Assembly (NCBI GenBank): GCA_017452785.1
Contig: JAFTLT010000045.1
Coordinates: forward strand, 757-64,756
DNA: 64,000 nucleotides
Direction: 5' to 3'
DNA from: Clostridia bacterium
Lineage (GTDB): Bacteria; Bacillota; Clostridia; Oscillospirales; Acutalibacteraceae
Shown here: one piece after another, positions 1 to 10,803 of the stretch
Numbering within the stretch: the first letter of the stretch is position 1
Layout: each line of letters starts with the position of its first letter
Position numbers and translations under genes: made by a program
The notes under the pieces: generated by a model
Seen by the model: only the letters and a program-made list of their open reading frames with translations
The model's database searches: none
What the model was told of the DNA's origin: nothing

Positions 1-2267
1 GCTGAAACTGATGAATCTGCATTGTCAATTATGATATTGGCAATTTCATCTTCAATTTCCTTGCGGATAAGGTTGCGAAGATCTCTTGCTCCCCTTGCGC
101 CGCCGTGACCCTTTTTGGCAAGGTACACGGGAACATCGTCAGTGTATTTAAAGGTGATATCTTTCTCTTTAAGCGAAGCCACAAGTTCGTCAAGTAGCAG
201 GGCTGAAATCTTTTCATAGTCCTCAACAGTGAGGTTATTAAACACAGCAATTTCATCGACTCTGCCGAGGAATTCCGGTCTGAGGAAATCGGAAAGTGCT
301 TTCATAACCTTTTCTTTCGTTGCGTCGCCCTTTTCCTTACCAAAGCCCAGTGCTCCACCCTTGCGCTCACTGCCTGCATTTGAGGTCATAACAATAACAG
401 TGTTTTCAAAATTGACTGTTCTGCCCTGAGCGTCGGTTATTCTGCCTTCGTCAAGAATCTGAAGAAGAATATTCATAACATCAGGATGTGCCTTTTCAAT
501 CTCGTCAAAAAGTATAACACTGTAAGGCTTTCTTCTCACCTTTTCAGTGAGCTGACCTGCCTCGTCATAGCCAACATATCCCGGAGGTGAACCGATAATT
601 CTTGACACGCTGTGCTTTTCCATAAACTCACTCATATCAAGTCTTATAAGTGTTTCAGGGGTGGAGAACAGCTCAGTTGAAAGCAGCTTTACAAGCTCTG
701 TTTTTCCCACACCTGTTGGGCCGACAAATATGAATGAAGCAGGACGTCTTCTGGGGCTGACCTGCACACGGCTGCGCTTAATAGCACCTGCAATTGCATG
801 GATAGCCTCATCCTGACCGATAACCTTCTTTTTAAGTGACTCTTCAAGTCCTGCAAGCTTTTTGAGGTCGCTTTCAATTATTTTGCTTGAGGGAATTCCT
901 GTCCACAGCTCTATAACCTTGGCAATGTCCGCCTCAGTAACGCCGTTATCAAGAGCCGCCTGAGTGAGAGACTCAACATCAGCCTCAACCTTGACAATAT
1001 CACTCTTAAGCTTTGCAATAGCCTCATAGTCCATATTGTCAGTTGCGTTCATAAGAGCCTCTTCCTCAGCCTTAAGCTCGCTGAGCTTTCTCTCTGCAAT
1101 TTCAAGGTCACTTATTGCCTTGTTGCGAAGATTTGCGCAGGTGCAGGCTTCGTCAAGCAGGTCAATTGCCTTGTCTGGCAGAAAACGGTCTGTGATATAT
1201 CTCTCTGAAAGCACAACAGTCTTTTTAACAAGGTCATCACTGATTCTGACTCTGTGATAGGTTTCATAGTACCCCTTGATTCCGAGAAGAATTTCAGTTG
1301 CATCTTCGATTGATGGCTCCTCAATTTTAACAGGCTGGAAACGTCTCTCAAGAGCCGCATCCTTTTCTATGTGCTTACGGTACTCGGTGAATGTGGTGGC
1401 ACCGACAACCTGAATTTCACCACGTGAAAGAGCAGGCTTAAGGATATTCGCCGCATTCATTGAGCCTTCGGCATCGCCTGTGCCAACGAGATTATGAACT
1501 TCATCGATAAACAGGATGATGTTGCCGTTGTCCTTTACCTCATCAATAAGAGTTTTTATTCTTGACTCAAACTGGCCTCTGAACTGAGTTCCGGCAACAA
1601 GAGCTGTCAGGTCGAGAAGGTGAATTTCCTTATCTGCAAGCTTTGCGGGCACCTCACCTCTGACAATTTTAAGGGCAAGACCCTCAGCAATTGCTGTTTT
1701 ACCTACACCGGGCTCACCGATAAGGCACGGGTTATTCTTTGAGCGTCTGCAGAGAATCTGAATTGTGCGTGCAAGCTCCTTATCTCTGCCTATAATATTG
1801 TCTATTTTGCCTTCACGGGCCTTTGCTGTCAGGTCGTTGCAGTAAAGAGTGAGGAACTTTCTTTTCTTTTCAGGCTTTTTAGGCTGCTGAGAACGCTTTG
1901 CGCCCTGTGATGAAGAAGATGTCTGCTGCATAGGTGAAGGCATATTTTCCGGCTTTTCAGCCTTAATAAGTCCATTTCTCAGGTCACCCATAAGGCCCTG
2001 CAAAAACGGCAGAGTTGGTGAGCCTCCGCTCTCAAATGAGCCTTCCTCATCGTCATCGGGGAACATCTGTGTGAACTGCTCGCTGAGAGCCTCCACATCG
2101 TCCTCTGTTATGCCCATACTGTCCATCATCTGCTTAATAGGGCCAATATTCATTTCCATAGCGCAGTTAAGACATAAACCCTCCGGCACGGTTTTGCCGT
2201 CGATAATCTTAGAGATAAATATAACCGCCGGACGCTGTTTACATCTGCTGCAAATTACTTTTTTCAT
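1..2267 (-). CDS. ClpC/ClpB-type double AAA+ Clp ATPase, C-terminus cut by the window edge. It is missing from the ORF track because the frame runs off the left edge.
   Basis: Manual minus-strand translation from the ATG at 2265-2267 gives [15 protein letters not shown]...CLNC. Motifs seen: Walker [16 protein letters not shown], a short coiled middle domain, a second Walker [25 protein letters not shown] and [10 protein letters not shown]. No stop codon down to position 1. Confidence 0.85.
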   Translation of the reverse strand, partial: MKKVICSRCKQRPAVIFISKIIDGKTVPEGLCLNCAMEMNIGPIKQMMDSMGITEDDVEALSEQFTQMFPDDDEEGSFESGGSPTLPFLQGLMGDLRNGLIKAEKPENMPSPMQQTSSSSQGAKRSQQPKKPEKKRKFLTLYCNDLTAKAREGKIDNIIGRDKELARTIQILCRRSKNNPCLIGEPGVGKTAIAEGLALKIVRGEVPAKLADKEIHLLDLTALVAGTQFRGQFESRIKTLIDEVKDNGNIILFIDEVHNLVGTGDAEGSMNAANILKPALSRGEIQVVGATTFTEYRKHIEKDAALERRFQPVKIEEPSIEDATEILLGIKGYYETYHRVRISDDLVKKTVVLSERYITDRFLPDKAIDLLDEACTCANLRNKAISDLEIAERKLSELKAEEEALMNATDNMDYEAIAKLKSDIVKVEADVESLTQAALDNGVTEADIAKVIELWTGIPSSKIIESDLKKLAGLEESLKKKVIGQDEAIHAIAGAIKRSRVQVSPRRRPASFIFVGPTGVGKTELVKLLSTELFSTPETLIRLDMSEFMEKHSVSRIIGSPPGYVGYDEAGQLTEKVRRKPYSVILFDEIEKAHPDVMNILLQILDEGRITDAQGRTVNFENTVIVMTSNAGSERKGGALGFGKEKGDATKEKVMKALSDFLRPEFLGRVDEIAVFNNLTVEDYEKISALLLDELVASLKEKDITFKYTDDVPVYLAKKGHGGARGARDLRNLIRKEIEDEIANIIIDNADSSVS

Positions 2268-2288
2268 TGTCTACTCCTTGGGGATAAT

Positions 2289-2924
2289 TTATTTGCTCTG
2301 AGCCTTTTTCTTATTGTCAAAATATTCCTTGAACTGTCTGAAGGTTTCTGGCATATAGCTCAGGAATGCTGCAATTGTCATAATAGCTGAAACAGCAACA
2401 ATAATACCTGTCACCACTGCGGGAAGTTCAAAGCCAACCACTGCATTAAGTGCACCGACTTCGGGGCCGAAAGCGATGATAAGCACCATGCCCACATAGA
2501 AAACAAGGGTTGCTGCCTTGCCCCAGAATTCAGCTGCACCGGGACGGATATTCAAAAGAAGCATAATAAGTCCACCGATAATCATAATAGCTTCTTTGAT
2601 GAGGAAAACAAGGAAAACCCAGCTGAAAGCCTGAATCAATGCGTTTTCAGCACTTCTGAAATCGATTAAAAGCATAATAGCAATTGTTATCTGTGTCAGC
2701 TTATCTGCAACAGGGTCAAGTATCTTGCCAAGGGCGCTGACTTGATTAAACCTTCTGGCAATCTGGCCGTCGAAGGTGTCTGAAAGGCCTGAAAGAGCAA
2801 GCACAAAAACTGCCCAGATTTTTTCATCATTATAAAAGAGAACTGCAAAAACGGGTATGAGTAAAATTCTGATAAGTGATAATAAGTTGGGAATTGTCCA
2901 ACAACCTTTAAATAAATCTTTCAT
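2289..2924 (-). CDS. pgsA: CDP-alcohol phosphatidyltransferase (CDP-diacylglycerol-glycerol-3-phosphate 3-phosphatidyltransferase-like)
   Basis: Family motif DGQIARRFNQVSALGKILDPVADK (D-G-x2-A-R...G-x3-D-x3-D) and a multi-TM profile. Confidence 0.8.
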   Translation of the reverse strand: MKDLFKGCWTIPNLLSLIRILLIPVFAVLFYNDEKIWAVFVLALSGLSDTFDGQIARRFNQVSALGKILDPVADKLTQITIAIMLLIDFRSAENALIQAFSWVFLVFLIKEAIMIIGGLIMLLLNIRPGAAEFWGKAATLVFYVGMVLIIAFGPEVGALNAVVGFELPAVVTGIIVAVSAIMTIAAFLSYMPETFRQFKEYFDNKKKAQSK

Positions 2925-2965
2925 AAGTATATTCCTTTCTTTATTGAACGATTATCATATAGTTT

Positions 2966-3676
2966 TTAAACTGTAGCAGCTCCGCTGACAACAGAAACAA
3001 TATTTTCTGCTGTGGCAATAATAACTGAATTGCTGACTGCTTCGTTGAAGGCTTCATTGCCGATGAATGATGCCACAATGCCGATAAGTGTTGAAATAAT
3101 AACAACAACTATCAGACCTTCGATTGCGCCTAAAACTGCACCGAGAACACTGTTGAACTGCTTGAATGCAGGCAGCTTCTTGATGATTTTGTCAAGGAAT
3201 TTGACAACTATCTTGAGCACAAAACCAAAGGCGATTGCCATGAGCACAAAGAGAATGAACTGCACCACAGCAGTACCCACAGGCTCAACAACATTTGTCA
3301 TTATAGTCTCAAGCAGATTATCTCCGCCGAGGTTAACTTCACTGACCTTGTCAATAATTGCCTGCTTGTCAATGCCCATAAGGTTCATAAGTCCGCCAAG
3401 AGCATCGGGAATAGAGTTTATGATTTCCTCAGCCTGCAAGGCATAGTCCTTTGTGCCGACCTCACCGAGAGCTGAGCCGAGATATGCCTCAGCTGCTTTT
3501 TTAACAAAAATGTTATAGCCCTGAGTTGCGAAGCCCTCTGAAAGGAATCTTGCAAGAATAACCGAAACAATAGTTCCGCATAAATCAAACAAGCTCTTGA
3601 AAAAGCCTTTTTTCATTGAGGTGATTATAACTGTTCCGAAAATAAGTATTAAAAATATATCAACTATATATTCCAT
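2966..3676 (-). CDS. cvpA: CvpA-family integral membrane protein
   Basis: Polytopic membrane protein with a CvpA-like N-terminus MEYIVDIFLILIFGTVIITSMKKGFFKSL. Confidence 0.6.
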   Translation of the reverse strand: MEYIVDIFLILIFGTVIITSMKKGFFKSLFDLCGTIVSVILARFLSEGFATQGYNIFVKKAAEAYLGSALGEVGTKDYALQAEEIINSIPDALGGLMNLMGIDKQAIIDKVSEVNLGGDNLLETIMTNVVEPVGTAVVQFILFVLMAIAFGFVLKIVVKFLDKIIKKLPAFKQFNSVLGAVLGAIEGLIVVVIISTLIGIVASFIGNEAFNEAVSNSVIIATAENIVSVVSGAATV

Positions 3677-3753
3677 GAATTACCTCCTGTAAAAAATATG
3701 CTATGTATTATATCACATATTTTTTTATTATACAAGTTCAATTTGTTATAGAC

Positions 3754-4935
3754 TTATTCACTCTGCGCTTTTTCAACACCTCCCAGACTGTAACAGTAAA
3801 TTTTTTTGCCGGCTGTGACAACACCTTTGCATTTGCCGGTGAAGGACAGCTGCTGACCCGCCTTTCCGCCTGAAGTAACGGTTTTTATGCCGTCATCATA
3901 AAGCAGAAAGACTTCTTTTCCCTCAAGGGAAAGGTCAATTATATTTTCATCGACACTGATACTGTAAAAGACGTCAGCATCGGTGCTATACACGCTTAAA
4001 AGATCTTTTGCAAAGTTTTCTTTGTCATCAAAAACCACAGCAGTGTTGCCCTGAGAGTCTGCAGCATAAAAAAGCATTTTAGAGTCAAAAGTAATCTTTT
4101 TGCTGACAGTTTCATCTTTTTTGGCATTGCAGATATAAAGAGCATCGTCGCAAAGCACACTGAATTTATCTGAAGATATATGCCTTAATTTTATGCAGGC
4201 TGAGCCGTGAAGAGTATATTCGCAAACAGGTTCCTCCTGACCTATTTCCAGAACATACAGCTTTGTGTATGCTTCACCGCCATAGGCGCCTATAGCTGCA
4301 CAGTAAACCCTGTCACCTGACATATCAAATGAAACTATATATTCGTTTGCGCAAGACCATATGAGCAGATCCTCACCTTTTTTATCCATGATGTGAAGGA
4401 TGCTTGAAGATGAAGTGCTGCTCAGTGAAAGCATAACTTCACCCTTTTCGGTTATAACTGCATCAAAAATACGGCTGCCGTTTTCATCCTGTCTTGCCTG
4501 AGCATTGCCCTTTTTGTCAATAACTGTATATTTATTTGAAAGTCTGTCGAAAACTATAGCATAATTGTCATTTGTTTTTATGGCAGGTTCAGCATAGGTA
4601 ATCTGCTGAGCCTGACCGATTTCACCCTTTTTATTTATGGGAGTTATAAATTTTTCTGTTAAAACATAAAGCTCACTGCCTTTTGCCTTAACATCCTTTA
4701 TATCATTAGTAGAAAAAGAAACGGGAAAACCTGCCTGTTCAATTTCAGTGCCTATAAATTCGGCAAATTCCTTTGAAAGATTTTCTGTGTCTGTCATCCT
4801 TTCAACTGCTCCCGTTGCTATGAGAACAACAACGAGCACAAGAAGCAGAATAAGTGTGACGGCGGAATATCTGACTTTTTTTCGTCTGTTTTCTTCACGT
4901 ACCGTATTGCCAACATATTTTTCCTTTTCTTTCAT
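3754..4935 (-). CDS. Membrane-anchored hypothetical protein with one N-terminal TM and a beta-rich extracytoplasmic domain (possibly DUF5711-like)
   Basis: 393-aa ORF with a basic N-terminus followed by the TM segment VTLILLLVLVVVLIATGAV. No catalytic motif recognised. Confidence 0.5.
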   Translation of the reverse strand: MKEKEKYVGNTVREENRRKKVRYSAVTLILLLVLVVVLIATGAVERMTDTENLSKEFAEFIGTEIEQAGFPVSFSTNDIKDVKAKGSELYVLTEKFITPINKKGEIGQAQQITYAEPAIKTNDNYAIVFDRLSNKYTVIDKKGNAQARQDENGSRIFDAVITEKGEVMLSLSSTSSSSILHIMDKKGEDLLIWSCANEYIVSFDMSGDRVYCAAIGAYGGEAYTKLYVLEIGQEEPVCEYTLHGSACIKLRHISSDKFSVLCDDALYICNAKKDETVSKKITFDSKMLFYAADSQGNTAVVFDDKENFAKDLLSVYSTDADVFYSISVDENIIDLSLEGKEVFLLYDDGIKTVTSGGKAGQQLSFTGKCKGVVTAGKKIYCYSLGGVEKAQSE

Positions 4936-4954
4936 CTTTCCGCCTTCTTTCTTT

Positions 4955-5689
4955 TTAATAATAAACTTCGTTGAGATAAAGACCCTGAGCCTTGGCAGTT
5001 ATGCCTGCACGAAGGCGGTCTTTGCTTTCGATTATATCGGGGATTGTGTTTTTTTCGATTTTGCCTGAATTAATATCAAGCAGTGTGCCAACCATTATGC
5101 GCACCATATTATAGAGAAAGCCGTCACCTTTGACTCTGAAGGTAACAAGTTCGCCTTCTCGTTCAACACTGCAATCAAAAATAGTTCTCACATTTGTTTT
5201 TGTTGTGCCGCCTGCTGCACAGAAGGCGGAAAAATCGTGAGTACCGATATAGTCCTTTGCCTGAATATTCAGCATTTCACTGTCTATGGGCACGGGATGA
5301 TGCAGAGCCTTGTCAATGAGAAAGGGATTTCTCCGTCTGCTGTTCCATATTTTATAGATATACTCCTTGCCCTTTGCATCAAAACGGGCATTGAAGCTTT
5401 CAGACGCAATCTCGCAGGAAAGCACGCATATCGTTTCAGGCAAAACAGCATTGAGCCCATAAGCTATTTTTTCGCAGTCACGCTCTTTTTCACTTTTGAA
5501 GTTACAGCAAAAGCCCATTGCGTGAACTCCTTTATCAGTTCTGCTGCTGCCGTAAATTGTACACTTTTCGCCGAAAATTCTTTCTATTGCCTCACTCAGA
5601 CACTGCTGAACACTCATGGCATTTTCCTGCATCTGCCAGCCGTGATAAGGTGTGCCGTCATAGCTCATAATAAGCTTATAGTTAAACAT
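4955..5689 (-). CDS. truA: tRNA pseudouridine(38-40) synthase
   Basis: Motifs YDGTPYHGWQ and SSRTDKGVHA (catalytic Asp). Sits directly downstream of the ecf genes, as is usual in Firmicutes. Confidence 0.9.
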   Translation of the reverse strand: MFNYKLIMSYDGTPYHGWQMQENAMSVQQCLSEAIERIFGEKCTIYGSSRTDKGVHAMGFCCNFKSEKERDCEKIAYGLNAVLPETICVLSCEIASESFNARFDAKGKEYIYKIWNSRRRNPFLIDKALHHPVPIDSEMLNIQAKDYIGTHDFSAFCAAGGTTKTNVRTIFDCSVEREGELVTFRVKGDGFLYNMVRIMVGTLLDINSGKIEKNTIPDIIESKDRLRAGITAKAQGLYLNEVYY

Positions 5690-5691
5690 AA

Positions 5692-6513
5692 TTAAATAAT
5701 CGCTCCGAAATAATGGTTGAGAAGCACTACACCTGTGATGCCGAGAGCAAATATTACAAATGCAGCTCCGTCTTTAAAGCTGTATTTCATCTGCTTCATT
5801 CTTGTTCTGCCCTCTCCGCCAGTGTAACAGCGGCAGCTCATAGCAAAAGCAAGCTCATAGGCACGCCTGAAAGCCGAAACAAAAAGAGGGATAAGAATAG
5901 GTATGAGTGCCTTTATTTTTTCAATAAAACTGCCACTTTCAAAATCTGCACCTCTTGCCTTTTGTGCATTGGTGATGCGCTCAATTTCTTCAATTAGTGT
6001 GGGAATAAAACGAAGAGCAAGAGTCATCATCATGGCAAGTGTATGCACGGGTATATGAAAAATCTTAAGAGGTGACAGCAGTCTTTCAATAGCATCTGTC
6101 AGCTGAGTGGGCACTGTAGTATAGGTAAGAATTGAGCTGCTGATTATAAGGCACACAATTCTTATTGACATGAACCCTGCCGTTATAAGACCCTTTGAAG
6201 TTATCTTTAAAGGTCCCATAGCAAGAAGCTCTGTGCCGCCACTGATATAAAAAATATTGATAACTGATGTAAAAAGCACAATGGGGATAATAGGCTTAAG
6301 AGATTTGAGGAACATCTTAAGGGGCACCTGTGACATCAGTACGCAAAAAAGAACAAACAAAAACATAAAGCCCAATGAAAGAAAGTTTTTGCAAATAAAA
6401 ATCATAACAATAAACAAAACAGTAAGTATGATTTTCATTCTTGCGTCAAGGCGATGCACAAGGGAATCGCCCTTATAATACTGACCTATGGTAATATCGC
6501 TTATCATTGACAT
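5692..6513 (-). CDS. ecfT: Energy-coupling factor transporter transmembrane component
   Basis: 273-aa polytopic protein with the ARGAD-type coupling-helix motif (AQKARGADFESG). Its start overlaps the ecfA2 stop. Confidence 0.85.
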   Translation of the reverse strand: MSMISDITIGQYYKGDSLVHRLDARMKIILTVLFIVMIFICKNFLSLGFMFLFVLFCVLMSQVPLKMFLKSLKPIIPIVLFTSVINIFYISGGTELLAMGPLKITSKGLITAGFMSIRIVCLIISSSILTYTTVPTQLTDAIERLLSPLKIFHIPVHTLAMMMTLALRFIPTLIEEIERITNAQKARGADFESGSFIEKIKALIPILIPLFVSAFRRAYELAFAMSCRCYTGGEGRTRMKQMKYSFKDGAAFVIFALGITGVVLLNHYFGAII

Positions 6514-7376
6514 TATGCCCTGCCCCCTTTCAGCAGCTTGATAATTTCACTCTTAGCTTTTTCAAGGGTATAAACATTTGTGGGCACATTGCAGCCTTTT
6601 TTTCTGAGCTTTATAAAAAGCTCTGTCAACTGAGGAATGTTAAGCCCCATACTTTTAAGCTCATCTGCATGAGAAAAAACATTATCAACACTATCATAAA
6701 AAGCAAGATGTGCTTCATTCATAACAAGCACCTTAGTGGCAATTTTTGATATATCCTCCATAGAGTGAGAAACCACTAAAAGAGTGCTGCCTGTTTTTTT
6801 CTGATATTCTCTGATTAAATTTAAAATAGTGTCTCTGCCCTTAGGGTCAAGACCTGCGCAGGGCTCATCGAGAATAAGCACCTCAGGCTCCATTGCCATA
6901 ACGCCTGCAATGGCAACTCGTCTTTTTTCACCGCCCGAAAGCTCGAATGGTGACTTATCAAAATAGCTTTCATCAAGACCTACAAACTTAATTACATTTC
7001 TGACTCTCTTGTCGATTTCTTCATCTGAGAGCTTCATATTTTTAGGCCCGTAGGCTATATCCTTATAAACCGTCTCTTCAAAAAGCTGATATTCGGGGTA
7101 CTGAAAACAGATACCCACTCTGAAACGGACATTTTTGATTTCTTTTTTATTTTCCCATATATCCTTGCCCTCAAGCAGCACAGTGCCGCTCGTACCCTTT
7201 AAAAGGCCGTTAAAATGCTGGATAAGGGTGCTTTTACCTGAGCCTGTGTGACCGATAATGCCAACAAGCTCACCTTTTTCTATTTTGAGACACACATCTT
7301 TAATGGCATCAACCTGAGATGATGTGCCTTTGGAATAAATATAGCTTAAGTCTTTTGTTTCAAGTACTATGCTCAA
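6513..7376 (-). CDS. ecfA2: ECF transporter ATPase subunit 2
   Basis: Walker A GHTGSGKST, signature LSGGEKRRVAIAG and Walker B LILDEP. I prefer the TTG start at 7376, preceded by GGAGGA and overlapping the ecfA1 stop (TTGA), over the longer track ORF. Confidence 0.85.
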   Translation of the reverse strand: MSIVLETKDLSYIYSKGTSSQVDAIKDVCLKIEKGELVGIIGHTGSGKSTLIQHFNGLLKGTSGTVLLEGKDIWENKKEIKNVRFRVGICFQYPEYQLFEETVYKDIAYGPKNMKLSDEEIDKRVRNVIKFVGLDESYFDKSPFELSGGEKRRVAIAGVMAMEPEVLILDEPCAGLDPKGRDTILNLIREYQKKTGSTLLVVSHSMEDISKIATKVLVMNEAHLAFYDSVDNVFSHADELKSMGLNIPQLTELFIKLRKKGCNVPTNVYTLEKAKSEIIKLLKGGRA

Positions 7377-8239
7377 TTTAAATCCTCCACAGTGCGGCAT
7401 ATTTCCGCACAAAGTTCGTCAATTGTGAGTATGTCTTTCGGAAGGTCAACGCCCTCTTTAATAAGCTCGTGGCTGAGAAGCGTTGCTTCAGGCACATCAA
7501 GACCTACTCTTTTTAATGTGTCAATATGCTGAAAAACCTCTTTAGGTTTGCCGTCAAGTATTATTCTGCCCTCATCCATAACTATAACTCTGTTTGCCTT
7601 TGCGGCTTCATCCATATAGTGTGTGATGAAAACTACTGTTATGCCGAAATCCCTGTTAAGCATCTTAACAGTTTCCATAACTTCACGTCTGCCTCTTGGG
7701 TCAAGCATTGAGGTGGGCTCATCAAGAACAATGCACTGAGGCTTCATTGCAATTATGCCTGCAATTGCCACTCTCTGCTTCTGTCCGCCTGAGAGCTTAT
7801 GAGGCTCAGAAAGTCTGAAATCGTACATGCCAACATTTTTCAGAGCTTCATCAACTCTTTTTCTGATTTCAGTTGGCTCAACACCTAAATTTTCAGGTCC
7901 GAAAGCCACATCATCTTCAACTATTGTTGCAACTATCTGATTGTCGGGATTCTGAAATACCATTCCCACCCTCTGACGGATGTCGTTAATTTTCTCCTCA
8001 TCCTTAGTGTCAATTCCGTCAACAAGTACACTGCCGTATTTCGGTATGTTAATGCCGTTACACAGCTTTGCAAGAGTGCTCTTGCCACAGCCGTTGTGAC
8101 CGAGAACGGCAACAAAATCGCCCTTTTCAATTGTAAGATTCAGATTTTCGAGAACATATTCTTCTTTTTTTATATTTTCGTCATCTTCACCGTAACCGAA
8201 GGTGACATCTTTAAATTCAATATAATTCATTAAAGTCAA
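7373..8239 (-). CDS. ecfA1: ECF transporter ATPase subunit 1
   Basis: Walker A GHNGCGKST, signature LSGGQKQRVAIAG and Walker B IVLDEPTSMLD. Confidence 0.88.
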   Translation of the reverse strand: MTLMNYIEFKDVTFGYGEDDENIKKEEYVLENLNLTIEKGDFVAVLGHNGCGKSTLAKLCNGINIPKYGSVLVDGIDTKDEEKINDIRQRVGMVFQNPDNQIVATIVEDDVAFGPENLGVEPTEIRKRVDEALKNVGMYDFRLSEPHKLSGGQKQRVAIAGIIAMKPQCIVLDEPTSMLDPRGRREVMETVKMLNRDFGITVVFITHYMDEAAKANRVIVMDEGRIILDGKPKEVFQHIDTLKRVGLDVPEATLLSHELIKEGVDLPKDILTIDELCAEICRTVEDLN

Positions 8240-8269
8240 CTACCCTTTATAAGTTTATTGCTTTATTTA

Positions 8270-9136
8270 TTATTCCTTTTCCCATATTGCACTTGCACCG
8301 CAGGGAAGAATCATTCCGCTGTCGGTAACGGGAAGTCCTATTTCAGAGGAGCTTACCTTACCGCCTAATTTCTTTTTAACAACAGCACCTAAGATATATT
8401 CCATAACTGAAGAGGAAAGTCCTGTTGTATAAGAATTAATAAGCATCATAAGTGAATCTTCATATAAAAGCTCACTGCAAAGCTCAACAAAGGAATAAAC
8501 CTCATCTTCGAGCTTCCACACTTCGCCGCCGGGGCCTCTGCCGTATGAGGGCGGGTCCATAATGATAATGTCATATTTATTTCCTCTGCGGATTTCTCTT
8601 TGCACAAACTTTATGCAGTCATCAACTATCCAGCGTACACTTCTGTCGGCAACACCTGATGAAACTGCATTTTCCTTTGCCCAAGCTGTCATACCCTTTG
8701 AAGCATCAACGTGAACAACTTGAGCATTTTCCATAAGAGGCGCAACACTTGCTCCGCCTGTGTATGCAAAAAGGTTAAGCACCTTGACGGGTCTGCCGGC
8801 TTTTCTGATGACTTCTCTTGTATAGTCCCAGTTGACAGCCTGTTCAGGAAAAAGTCCCGTATGCTTGAAGCCCATTGTCTTTATGTTGAAGGTCATATCC
8901 TTATAGTTAATACTCCAGAAAGGCGGCATTTTGCTTCGGACTTCCCACTCACCGCCACCTGATTTTGAACGGTGATAATAAGCATCAGCCTTTCTCCACA
9001 AAGGATTTTTCTTCGGAGTCTTCCATATAACCTGAGGGTCGGGGCGCACAAGAATAATGTTGCCCCAACGCTCTAACTTTTCACCGTCTGAGCAGTCTAT
9101 AAGCTCATAGTCTTTCCAATCTTTAGTATATCGCAT
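8270..9136 (-). CDS. Class I SAM-dependent (rRNA-type) methyltransferase
   Basis: Motifs VLNLFAYTGGASV (SAM motif I) and IIIMDPPSYGRG (the DPP-type motif of RlmI/RlmK-like enzymes). Confidence 0.7.
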   Translation of the reverse strand: MRYTKDWKDYELIDCSDGEKLERWGNIILVRPDPQVIWKTPKKNPLWRKADAYYHRSKSGGGEWEVRSKMPPFWSINYKDMTFNIKTMGFKHTGLFPEQAVNWDYTREVIRKAGRPVKVLNLFAYTGGASVAPLMENAQVVHVDASKGMTAWAKENAVSSGVADRSVRWIVDDCIKFVQREIRRGNKYDIIIMDPPSYGRGPGGEVWKLEDEVYSFVELCSELLYEDSLMMLINSYTTGLSSSVMEYILGAVVKKKLGGKVSSSEIGLPVTDSGMILPCGASAIWEKE

Positions 9137-9162
9137 AAACTTACCTCTTAAATCAATCTGAC

Positions 9163-10182
9163 TTAAAACAGTTGCTGCTGACCGGGCATTGCAATACCAA
9201 GGTGTTCGTACCCTGCCGCAGTAACCACTCTTCCTCTGGGCGTTCTGCCAAGGAAGCCTATCTGCATAAGATAAGGCTCATAAACATCTTCAATTGTGAC
9301 AGCCTCCTCACCTATTGCAGCTGCAATGGTTTCAAGGCCAACAGGACCGCCGCCGTAGGATTTAATCATAGTTGACAGCAGAAGTCTGTCAATCGAGTCA
9401 AGACCCATATTATCTATTTCCATTCTCTCAAGAGCGTGGTCAGCACTGTCTTCATCAATAACACCGTTGCCGATGACCTGAGCGAAGTCTCTTGCTCTTT
9501 TAAGAAGTCTGTTTGCAATTCGGGGGGTACCTCTTGAGCGTGATGCAATTTCGAGAGCACCGTATTTTTCAATATCAATGCCGAGAATTCCTGCGCTTCG
9601 TGTTACAATCTTGGCTAACTCCTCAGGAGTATAAAGCTCAAGACGAAGTATAACACCGAAACGGTCACGAAGAGGGGCTGACAGCTGACCTGCTCTTGTG
9701 GTTGCACCAACAAGGGTAAACTTAGGAAGATCAAGTCTTATAGACCTTGCCGAAGGGCCTTTGCCAATGATAATATCAAGGGCATTGTCTTCCATTGCAG
9801 GATAAAGAACTTCTTCAACGCTTCTGTTGAGACGGTGAATTTCGTCAATGAAAAGCACGTCGCCTTCATTGAGGTTTGTCAGCAGTGCAGCTAAATCGCC
9901 TTGCTTTTCAATTGCAGGGCCTGAGGTAACACGGAAGTTAACATTCATCTCATTGGCTATAATGCCTGCCAGTGTTGTTTTGCCAAGACCCGGAGGGCCA
10001 TAGAGCAGCACATGGTCAAGACTTTCGCCTCTGTCTTTTGCTGCCTTAATATAAACCTCAAGGTTTTCCTTCGCCTTTTCCTGACCGATATAGTCTGTGA
10101 GCACCTTAGGTCGAAGCGAGGTTTCTATGTCTGAGTCAAAGCTCGTTAAATCGGGAGCTATTATTCTTTCTTCAAAATCCAT
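9163..10182 (-). CDS. ruvB: Holliday junction branch migration helicase RuvB
   Basis: Motifs [22 protein letters not shown] and the RuvB C-terminal winged helix. The ATG at 10182 follows AAAGGTG; the track start at 10191 is a GTG inside that SD. Confidence 0.93.
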   Translation of the reverse strand: MDFEERIIAPDLTSFDSDIETSLRPKVLTDYIGQEKAKENLEVYIKAAKDRGESLDHVLLYGPPGLGKTTLAGIIANEMNVNFRVTSGPAIEKQGDLAALLTNLNEGDVLFIDEIHRLNRSVEEVLYPAMEDNALDIIIGKGPSARSIRLDLPKFTLVGATTRAGQLSAPLRDRFGVILRLELYTPEELAKIVTRSAGILGIDIEKYGALEIASRSRGTPRIANRLLKRARDFAQVIGNGVIDEDSADHALERMEIDNMGLDSIDRLLLSTMIKSYGGGPVGLETIAAAIGEEAVTIEDVYEPYLMQIGFLGRTPRGRVVTAAGYEHLGIAMPGQQQLF

Positions 10183-10194
10183 ATATTTCACCTT

Positions 10195-10800
10195 TTACAT
10201 ACTGCTTAAATATTTGAGAGCCTGCTTGATAATCGCCTGCGTTGAAAGAGAGGGATCAATTTTACTTACTGCCGTGGCAGCATCACTCTGTGAATAGCCC
10301 AGCATTGTCAGTGCAGCAACAGCCTCTGATGTGTGAGGCATTTCAATAGCAGCACTAACCCTGTCACTATCGGCAAAAAAGTCACCGTCAGGCACTATAC
10401 TCTTAACCTTATCTTTAAGCTCTATGATAATTCGCTGAGCAATCTTCGGGCCTACTCCGTTGGCTCTTGTTATTGCCTTGACATCCTTTGCTGATATTGC
10501 AAGAGCTATTTCATCAACAGTCAGTTCCGAAAGTATGGCAAGTGCCGCCTTAGGACCCACACCGTTAACGGTTATAAGCATTTTGAACCACTCAAGCTCA
10601 TACTCAGTTGAAAATGCGAAAAGATCAAGAGCATCCTCACGCACATTCAGATGAGTGTAAACTGTTGCCACAGATTTGTCGTCGGGCAAATCGGAAAGAG
10701 TGAAGCGTGATGTAAAGCACAAAAAACCGACTCCCCCACACTCAACAACTGCATGGTTAATTCCTTTATTTATTACTTTGCCTGTTAGTGAATAAAACAT
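10195..10800 (-). CDS. ruvA: Holliday junction DNA-binding protein RuvA
   Basis: HhH motifs VNGVGPKAALAIL and ANGVGPKIAQRII. Lies in the ruvC-ruvA-ruvB order. Confidence 0.92.
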   Translation of the reverse strand: MFYSLTGKVINKGINHAVVECGGVGFLCFTSRFTLSDLPDDKSVATVYTHLNVREDALDLFAFSTEYELEWFKMLITVNGVGPKAALAILSELTVDEIALAISAKDVKAITRANGVGPKIAQRIIIELKDKVKSIVPDGDFFADSDRVSAAIEMPHTSEAVAALTMLGYSQSDAATAVSKIDPSLSTQAIIKQALKYLSSM

Positions 10801-10803
10801 AGC

